64,000 bases of DNA from positions 3,410,001 to 3,474,000 of the forward strand of contig JAUPSS010000003.1 of assembly GCA_040285825.1 (NCBI GenBank). Direction: 5' to 3'. Each line of letters opens with the position of its first letter. Within the stretch, counting starts at the first letter, position 1. Shown here piece after piece: positions 56,014-64,000 of this stretch. The stretch comes from Eukaryota sp. TZLM1-RC. Lineage: Eukaryota; Protista; Metamonada: BaSk clade. Made by a program: the position numbers and the translations under genes. Under the pieces are notes generated by a model. That model did no database searches. It saw only the letters and a list, made by a program, of their open reading frames with translations, and was not told where the DNA came from.

Positions 56014-56251
56014 TTGTAATAAAGTTTTTTATAAATTTCAGTTTTCCTTTAAATTCTGAGTTGGTATTGTGGAAAATGTTCCAGCTTATCTGGTCCACGA
56101 GGTTTGTGTTTATAGAGATGTTTGTAAATGGTGTTGTTGAGATTTAGTATGATAATGAGCTATATTTAAGAAAGGTAGGTCAAATGATGGAAAGTGCCAA
56201 TCATTTACATCAGATTTTGAATTCTAGTGTAAAAAGAATATCAATCAGCAT

Positions 56252-56285
56252 TCACCAAAGATGAAAGTTCTTGGAATAAGTTTGA
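56252..56285 (+). repeat. Orphan copy of the Fanzor B 3' GAAA-tetraloop hairpin
   Basis: 33/34 identical to the reverse complement of 2382-2415. Confidence 0.85.
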
Positions 56286-56291
56286 TAACAA

Positions 56292-56651
56292 ATGATTCTT
56301 AAACTAATCATCACCTTGACGCTCATCCTTGTCAGTGTTGTTTCATTTACTCCAACATGGACTATAAGGATCGTTAACCCTGCTTGTACCGCTAAGCTGA
56401 ACTCAACAGAGATCGAAGGTTATTTTGAACAACCTCCGCCACAGGTGCTCTTACCACGCACCCCAGCTCACATTACGTGTAAGGCCAACTCCACTAGTAT
56501 TGTTTATGATTTTGAAACTTGCAGACACAACCTCCCAGTGACTATCATGTATTTGAGCACTCCGACTGGAACTCAGGTGTCCTGTCGTCCCGAATGCACT
56601 GTCACTTACAGGGGCGGAACTCATTTCAGTGCTGTCATCAACTCCTTATAA
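56292..56651 (+). CDS. Small secreted Cys-containing protein
   Basis: Signal peptide MILKLIITLTLILVSVVS, then a beta-rich domain with 5 Cys and N-glycosylation sequons. Confidence 0.75.
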   Translation: MILKLIITLTLILVSVVSFTPTWTIRIVNPACTAKLNSTEIEGYFEQPPPQVLLPRTPAHITCKANSTSIVYDFETCRHNLPVTIMYLSTPTGTQVSCRPECTVTYRGGTHFSAVINSL

Positions 56652-56770
56652 TTGTATAGAATATATACTTTTTTGTAAAGTTTTGGCTTTTTTGAATACT
56701 TTGTTATAACTCAGTCAAGGGCAATATATCTGAAAAGAATCACATGAATTTAAAATGAGAAAGTTACAAA

Positions 56771-58621
56771 CAGGGATAACTAAAGTGGTAAAGTACTTTA
56801 AGCACTTTACTTTACTTTACTTTAAAGAATCTTTTTTTGATAAAGTAGAGTCATCATTATTTGGTTTGACAAACATGTTGTACATTTTAATAGAGAACAT
56901 TCTATTTACGAAATCCTCTTCAAGTAAGGTAACTTTTCAATTCACCATAAGATAACAAAACCTAACATTTATTCAGAAACTCATCAAAAACTGATTGAAA
57001 AGTTAAGTATGTGGTGGATGAGCACCAACACTCTTCTACTCATGGATCTCAATTACATCTTCATCGGATGACACCCCGCTACTTACTTCCAACTCATCAG
57101 GTTCATTGGGGACATCTGCACCATTCAGCCAGTCCCAATACTTCTTTGAACTACTTCTTCCTCCTCTGACGTAATGCTTCACCATCACACTATCTATTGC
57201 CCTCTGACTTTCCATTTTGTTTCTTTCTTGTGTACATACAATACGAAAGTCCGACCAGTTTCTTTCAGCTTCTGAGTTTGATGTCACCATACTTAACAGT
57301 CTCACTGCCAGGTTAGATAGCTCAGTGTTACCGCCATGAACATACCACCATTCATGTGCTGCCATTCTGGAAGCTATGTTGAATAGTTCACTGTGTTCGA
57401 ATAAATCTGACCCTGCAACATAACAAGACCATTGATGAATGATGTCTGCCTTTTTTGCGCGTCCAAATTGTTCTTCAATCACTCGAAACAAAGCATCACG
57501 ACACTCTTGAAATTGTTGTTCTGTAATTAAATCCCTAAATTCAGGATCCAAACAAAAAGCCGCCCGATGATAGTCGTTGAAGATTTGCAAAATTCTGAAT
57601 TCAAATCTCTGAAGAAGTAGACTGTGTTCTTCTTCTGATATAAATGATAGTTGAGTGAGATCCATTCTTTCTTTTTCCATTTGTAGATAGCGATACAGTT
57701 TGCCCATAATTGGTGTCAAACTATCAATTCTTTGCATGATATTGACAAGTGGTTTCATGAAGTCCACCAATTTTTCCACTTTTGTAATTTGGTGTAAGAA
57801 GGTAATTGAAAAACTTGTCCATATAACTTAAAATGCTCAACTGATTTATCTATCAAGCCATGTAGCAATGTTCCACTACTAACTTTCGTTAGAGGGAGAC
57901 CTTCACTAAAACAGTACGTTGCAGCCATGTCTTCCAGCATCTTCGTGTTCAACCGCTCTTGAGTCTTCTTCAAAGTGAGTTGATGAAGTGTTCTTTGGAC
58001 AGTTGGTTGTTGACTGCCTGAAAAGAAGGGATTGTGAATCGTTGATGGAGTTGATGGATTCTGTGGTGTAGAAGGAGTTGATGGAGTCTGTGGTGTAAAA
58101 GGAGTAAGTGGAGAAGGACTTGAAAAGGACGGAAGTGCTTGTCTAGGAGCTGGACTATTGATACTGGAAGCTCGTCTTTTGCGTTGTCTAGAATGTGTAG
58201 CTAGATACACTCGTAAGTCTGCAACCTTCTTACCATTGTTACTCTCAGGACACCCTATTTGGTTGCATAACGGTACCTGTCTTTTTGGTAGTAGGTCAGG
58301 TACATAATGCCCTTCCATTGCCCATCGGTTGACAGAATAGACCTCATCGCATAATAGACATTGAAAGCGCGCACAAGTCTTTGAAACAACTTCGTTGACT
58401 TGACAGACATTCGTCCAAGCCTCACAAGGGAGTGAAGTCATTAACAAAAGAAAATATATAAGAAAAATGAAGTGAGAAAGGGGTGGAGAGTAAAGAAAGA
58501 AGCGTTCACTACTTTATACCACTTTAGCCAATTTTAGAGCTTAAAGCTTCAAGTTTAAAGTAAAGCTTAAAGTAAATAAAGTACTTTAATTTCATTTTTT
58601 GGACCACTTTAGTCATCCCTG
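56771..58621 (-). mobile_element. Internally deleted hAT transposon (1851 bp)
   Basis: 19-bp TIR CAGGGATRACTAAAGTGGT; perfect TSD GTTACAAA (56763-56770, 58622-58629). BED-like N-terminus and dimerisation domain (EWWYVHG..AERNWS..RN) present; central catalytic region missing. Confidence 0.95.
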
Positions 58622-59009
58622 GTTACAAAAATGGTCACGTTTGGACTCCTCCTCTTTCAAATCTATTTACATTTTACCTTTCTGACAGTAGCAAAACAAT
58701 GGTTGTTATCTTGTGACCAAATAGATGGTCCAGTAAGTGTGTGGACTATAGTTGTAATTCCGAATTACACGATACATCTATTAGACCAGGATTACATTCA
58801 CAATTTCGTAAAGTCGCTGATTGTCCAGTCACTATCTTTGAATTAAATACTTTTCACCTCATACATGTCTTGGAGAAAACGCAGAATATATTGCAAATAT
58901 GGTCAGTATTCAAACAAGAGTCGATGCAAACCATTTTTTATCAACGTAGTGATAAAACAAGATGTTAAGCAGAGGATTGTGTTTTACAAGAACTGGGATG
59001 TATGAAGAT

Positions 59010-59600
59010 GATTGTTTTTGGAAAATATTTGCAGGGTGGCTGTTTTAGATCAAGAAACTTATGTTTTGAGGAGCCTCCCTCTGCTGAGAAAAACACTATC
59101 ATTAAACAAGTTTTGGTTTGAAGGCAGAGATGATATTTACTGCTATTGGATTGATAATTCTGAACTTGTTGTTGACTTTGTCTCCTGTAATGTTGCAAAT
59201 GACAGTTTGGTTCAAAGAAGAACGCTTAGTCCTGTAGATGCTGTTGATGCTGTTGAATCCAAAGTGGATGAAAAACAAAGAAAATATGTTAAAGATATTG
59301 GAGAAGCTAATGCTGATAGAAAAACACCACTAGTTTTTATTGTTGTCCCATTTTCTATGAACGAAAGGTTATCAGTAGAAGCAGGAAATTTTTTGAATGA
59401 TTTCCATAAATTGGTTCAAGAAGAAACAATGAAGAGATTTGATGTCCTTTTGTGGCAGTTAAGAATTCAATTTGCTATAGTTAATGGATTAAATAAACTC
59501 TTTCGTGGAATAAGAGAAGCAGTGGCGAGAAAACAAGCAGAACAGGATTTTGTATAGGTAAGCTTGGTTTACTGAATTTCGTCCAATTAATTCTGAGTTT
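59010..59600 (+). pseudogene. RLE family B 3' fragment
   Basis: DIYCYWIDNSE.VVDFVSCNVAND..EKQRKY. Confidence 0.85.
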
Positions 59601-59639
59601 ATTTTTTTAAAATTAATTTATTTTATTCCAACGAGAAAC

Positions 59640-60240
59640 TAAACAACACAAATTAAAATTTTAAACCTTCATAGCACAAATCCTCCAAAAAGAATCGACT
59701 GAATGTTTTTTTCACAAAAGCGACCAAGAGAAAACAAAGCAGAAGATAATAAGGGGACAACACCTTTGAAAAATTGAAAATACAATTCGGTTCTGCCAAA
59801 ATGTTCTGTCAAAAATTCTTCCTGTACGTTGTTTTACAATTTCAACAAAATCATCCAAAAAAGATAAAGCAAGTGGTCCAAGCGTACAATGTAAGGAAAA
59901 AGCAAATGGACAAAAAACATAAAAAGTATGCGATTCAGCATTCAAGGATAGCATCATTGCTTTATATTTATCAATTTTAGAATTTTCGGTAACAGACAGC
60001 GGATTCTTGTATTTTGACTGAGCTAATGGTATGAAAGAATTATTACACACATCAGTTGATCTCACATCAGTAAAGATAGTGGTCCCATCAAGTCCTCCAA
60101 GCATTAAATCACCACTATTACGACCAAAAGAATTCAAAGTATCTTCATCAACCAAACGAGAAGTGAACGTTCTAAACAGGAGACAATTCTGTGTGACTGA
60201 GACATACAATAGAGTTGATCCCTAACTGCGTCATGGACTT
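59640..60240 (-). pseudogene. RLE family D 3' fragment
   Basis: HDAVRDQLY..GDLMLGG..DVRSTDV..ENSKIDKY..WQNRIVFSIF. Confidence 0.85.
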
Positions 60241-60284
60241 TTGATCGGAATGTAATAAAGTTTATAAGTTTTCTGTAGGCTTGG

Positions 60285-61220
60285 TTTTAGGCTTGGATTA
60301 TGAAGTAAGACTTGGCTTGGCCAAAACTAAAAATCCCGCTTTCGGTAATTTTTTAAAGGATATTCGTGATAGTTCAGCTGCTGCTTTAGTAACTCAAGTT
60401 CCCTCTGTTTATGGACTTTTGTTAAAAGACAATGAATGGCTTCTAAACATGCGTTTTCGTTGTTTTCTGTGGCCAAACAATTTACCCAATCATTTAACTT
60501 GTAAATGTGGTAAACCTCTTTTGTTTACTCATCTTTTGAACTGTAAACATTTCATTACGTTTAGAAGCAAAGTGCATAATAACGTCAGGGACCAAATTTA
60601 TGTAATGTGCAAATCATATCGTGTAGATTCCTTTTTAGAACCGCTGTTATCAAAACTAATTCTTGATGATCCCAATATTGATAGTACGCGTTACAACAGA
60701 GCTTCTATGGGTCTGACTAGAGGTGATTTAGTTGTTCCTGGTTTAAATGGTAGTTTTACTATTTTGGACGCCATGTCTATTGACCCTTGTAATTCCTCTA
60801 ACGAACATTTCATTAACTCGGATGTAAATAATCCTCTTCTTGCAGGCGAAAAATATAAAATTGCTAAATATGCGAAACCCATTTCCTCGGTTAATGAAAA
60901 TTCTCATGCCCAATATAATTTATGTCCATTTGTTTTTTTCTTTGCTTGGATCTCTAGGTAAGGCTGCTATGGCTTTCCTTGAGGATTTTGTTGTAGTTGT
61001 AAAGGAAAGAACTGGAAGAATTTTCAATCGTGTTTACTGGCAAAACAGGATTGTATTTTCTATTTTTAAGGGAATGGTAACACTAATTTCTGATTCACTA
61101 TCTTCTTTTGGGAAATTTTCTGAATCTTTAGCGATTAATTGTTTTGATGTAGGGGAGGCAGGTTTTGAGGATGTGGAGTTTTAATTGTGTATTTCATATT
61201 TGTTGTTGAATAAAAATAAA
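60285..61220 (+). mobile_element. RLE family A 3' fragment
   Basis: Nearly identical to the reverse complement of 14960-15875; one frameshift in a T-run. Confidence 0.9.
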
Positions 61221-61311
61221 CTTATATTTCTGTATATTCTGAGTTTACAGACTTTATTCTTTTCATCATCATTTCAAATACCACTATTGGACATCTTTGT
61301 GCTCTTAGTCG

Positions 61312-63519
61312 ATGCCAAATAAGCCCTTCAAAAGCAAGCATGCTACTAAGGGTGAGATCAAGAAGCGAAACCATGGCAGAGTTCCTTCAAGCAAAGTTTC
61401 TGTTTCTAGAGTAGAACATTCAAAGCAGGTACGAAAGAACAGGGCCTCTCAACTCCGCAAGCAGTCTAAAAGGGAACACATGGATCTACTTAGGAGGGGA
61501 CTGGTTCCACCAAGAGTAGTTACACTTGTTCCCTTTTCTGCTTCTATTGACACCCCTTTTATTGCTGATCAACTCCTCCAACATTGTCCTCAGCCTATAG
61601 TGGATGGTATTGGCCATAAGTCTGCAATGTTTCCTGATAAAAAGAACCGATTCACTTTGATTCCCTCCTCCGCCGATCTCCGTGATATTCTGGAAAAGTC
61701 TCTCCTTGCTGACGTCATTTTGGTTTCCGTTTCTGCTCATGGTTTGACCTCAGATGCTCTTCATATTGCTAATGCTATCAAGGTTCAAGGTTTGCCTACG
61801 GTCATTACAATTATAACAAACCTGGAAGACTTCAGTCCCAGTAAACGACAAGCTCAGAAAAAGTTTTTGATTAGTCAGATTAATGAACTTTTTGGTGACG
61901 TCAGATGCTTGACTTTTTCGGACAGTCAATCAGATTTAGCTAATATTTTGCGATTTTTGAAGGAAATAAAACTTCAAAAGATTACGTGGAGAGCCAACCG
62001 TCCGTATTTGATTGCTCAATCAGTCTCCCGACCTCCATCCACGTCATCACTGCTAGTTTCCGGTTACATTCGAGGAGCACCTATCTGCGTCAATAGATTA
62101 ATTCATTTAAATAATTTTGGGGACTTTATTGTCAATTCAATCAAAGTAGAAGATGATCCGCTCAAAACACACGGTCAAAATGATGACGTCATCATATCAC
62201 GTGATCCAACACGTGGAGATGATCTTCAGTTTGTCAGACCAGTTGACTGGACAGCTGGAGAACAAACTTGGCCAACAGAAGAAGAGCTCAATGACACATG
62301 TCAACAGTTCAGTGACGAGGAGGGTGAAAATTTTAGTTCGTCAGACGAAAGTTCTGATGATGAATGTAACATTAATGTCAATGAACTAGACATTGATGCT
62401 GGTGAGGAAATAGGTCAAAGTATCACATCATCAGGTCAAAATCATGACGTGATCGATACCACTGACATGGCATGTGATCATATTTCGGACAATGATGATG
62501 TTCCCGACTTTGATTTTGTTCCAAGAGCAGAAGATGAACTTCAATTTCCAGAGGAAGTTGAAACGTCACCGCACACGTCAGCACAGGTCTTATTTAAACA
62601 TTTTAGGGGGTTAGAATCATTAAGAACCTCACCTTGGGATCCAAAAGAGAATTTACCAAAAAATTATTCAAGAATTTTTGGAATCCACGACTATAAAGTC
62701 ATTAGTAAAATGGCTCAAAGGAGAGCTCAAGTAGTTGATAATGATGACGTGATTGCTTCAGGAAACTACGTGACCATTGAGTTATTCAATGTTCCTTCTG
62801 ATTTTGAGGACAAGTTTTCTCAATTTGAGTCCATTCTATCCTTGTCGGGGTTAATGAAGAATGAGGGTAAAATGACAATGATCCACTGTGCATTAATCCT
62901 TGAAGGGGAAGAAGACGAAAAACTTTTGGAATCTTTTAACGAGATCTCAGTCAGATTAGGTATCAAGAAACTGGTCATTCGCCCAGTGTTTTCTGAGAAA
63001 CTATCGGGTTCTGATAAGTTGAAATATTGTAAGAATGTCTATGCAAAAAGAACATATGTCATGTCATTTTATGGTCCTTTATTTTACGCTCCTATGCCAA
63101 TATTATTGATTAATCAATCAAAACTGATCGGTTATGGATCAGTGATTAGTTGCGATCCCGATTTGATTATTCTTCAAAAGATTATCCTCACCGGATATCC
63201 AATCAAAATTCATAAGGCAACTGCAACAATTAGATACATGTTCTTCAATAGAGAAGATATTCTATTCTTCAAACCTGTTCGTCTATGGACAAGAGATGGG
63301 CTTAATGGTAACATTATTGCCCCTATAGGAACTCATGGTCATATGAAGTGTAGATTTAGTGCCACATTAAAATCTTCTGATACAGTTTGTATGTCATTAT
63401 TTAAAAGAATTTATCCAAAATTTGATACCAAGTTTTTGGTTCATTTAAATGATCCGATCAACATGGAAGCTGACGTTTTAGAAGAAGAGTATTTACCTTA
63501 TGGTTTAGTATCTCCTTAG
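61312..63519 (+). CDS. TSR1: Pre-rRNA-processing protein Tsr1
   Basis: NKPFKSKHATKG, WRANRPYL, EQTWPTEEEL, FPEEVET, FRGLESLRTSPWDPKENLP..YSRIF, IRYMFFN.EDI..FKPV and GTHGHMKC. Confidence 0.97.
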   Translation: MPNKPFKSKHATKGEIKKRNHGRVPSSKVSVSRVEHSKQVRKNRASQLRKQSKREHMDLLRRGLVPPRVVTLVPFSASIDTPFIADQLLQHCPQPIVDGIGHKSAMFPDKKNRFTLIPSSADLRDILEKSLLADVILVSVSAHGLTSDALHIANAIKVQGLPTVITIITNLEDFSPSKRQAQKKFLISQINELFGDVRCLTFSDSQSDLANILRFLKEIKLQKITWRANRPYLIAQSVSRPPSTSSLLVSGYIRGAPICVNRLIHLNNFGDFIVNSIKVEDDPLKTHGQNDDVIISRDPTRGDDLQFVRPVDWTAGEQTWPTEEELNDTCQQFSDEEGENFSSSDESSDDECNINVNELDIDAGEEIGQSITSSGQNHDVIDTTDMACDHISDNDDVPDFDFVPRAEDELQFPEEVETSPHTSAQVLFKHFRGLESLRTSPWDPKENLPKNYSRIFGIHDYKVISKMAQRRAQVVDNDDVIASGNYVTIELFNVPSDFEDKFSQFESILSLSGLMKNEGKMTMIHCALILEGEEDEKLLESFNEISVRLGIKKLVIRPVFSEKLSGSDKLKYCKNVYAKRTYVMSFYGPLFYAPMPILLINQSKLIGYGSVISCDPDLIILQKIILTGYPIKIHKATATIRYMFFNREDILFFKPVRLWTRDGLNGNIIAPIGTHGHMKCRFSATLKSSDTVCMSLFKRIYPKFDTKFLVHLNDPINMEADVLEEEYLPYGLVSP

Positions 63520-63843
63520 TTTTTAGTCTTATTACTTATAAATTAATAGTTTTTCCAATTGATTTGTTTTCAATGATGTTGAATATTTATTAAGTAAAGG
63601 TAATTGAAAGCAACAATCAATTTCAAGATGTGACTTCAATTGTTGAGCACATTATGTATATCAAAATGAACCAATAAAGTATTTGGTCTAAATACTGTCT
63701 GGAACTACAACAACAAGTCGGAACTTATGTTTGCTTTGGTTGACATGAGAGGAATTGAACCTTTGATCTGGTTGAACTTTGACAACTAATGGTGACTCAC
63801 CATGAAGAACTTGAGTTGTCCATTCACAACTTAATTTATACTC

Positions 63844-64000
63844 ATGAAAAGTATACTGCTACTTCTGCTCTTCACATTTTGTTTAGCCCACGTCTACTTC
63901 CAGGAAACCTTTGACAACACTGATGCATGGGTACAGTCTAAGCATCAAAATGGAGAGTTTGTTCTTTCTCCTGTCAACGAGGAGTATCCTGAAGACCTTG
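63844..64000 (+). CDS. CALR: Calreticulin, 5' end (runs off the window)
   Basis: MKSILLLLLFTFCLA signal peptide, then HVYFQETFD..W.QSKH..GEFVLS...D.G. Confidence 0.85.
   Translation, partial: MKSILLLLLFTFCLAHVYFQETFDNTDAWVQSKHQNGEFVLSPVNEEYPEDL

Noticed and set aside
1-64000. Alternative genetic code or prokaryotic origin of the window
   Set aside because: Conserved eukaryotic genes read through intact in the standard code and end in TAA, TAG or TGA; internal stops are confined to decayed elements.

Overview
AT-rich, intron-poor genomic DNA from a eukaryote, probably a protist; the species cannot be determined from the sequence. About 15 host genes are present: PRP38, a HEAT+CCCH protein, eIF1 with a 32-nt intron, FAD synthetase, RNF32-like, a prokaryote-type SagB/ThcOx nitroreductase, TMEM192-like, RING+Sel1, TSR1, the 5' end of calreticulin, and several hypotheticals. 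They are interspersed with dense mobile DNA. The main result is a set of five Fanzor (eukaryotic TnpB-like, RNA-guided RuvC nuclease) loci from two divergent families. One is an intact 651-aa ORF (25790-27745, minus strand) followed by a ~240-nt highly structured non-coding region. That region is conserved in three copies, shows a compensatory base-pair change, and ends at a sharp boundary, making it a candidate omega-RNA scaffold with copy-specific guides. A catalytically dead family-B Fanzor ends just upstream of the PRP38 start codon. The window also has small chromodomain-type Ty3/gypsy elements whose gag ATG lies inside the LTR and whose primer-binding position is a 12-bp palindrome instead of a tRNA site. 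Other contents are nests of CRE-like RLE non-LTR retrotransposons, four hAT derivatives, a mosaic of host-gene 3' fragments and a candidate small structured RNA. All family assignments come from recognising motifs by eye; no database searches were run.
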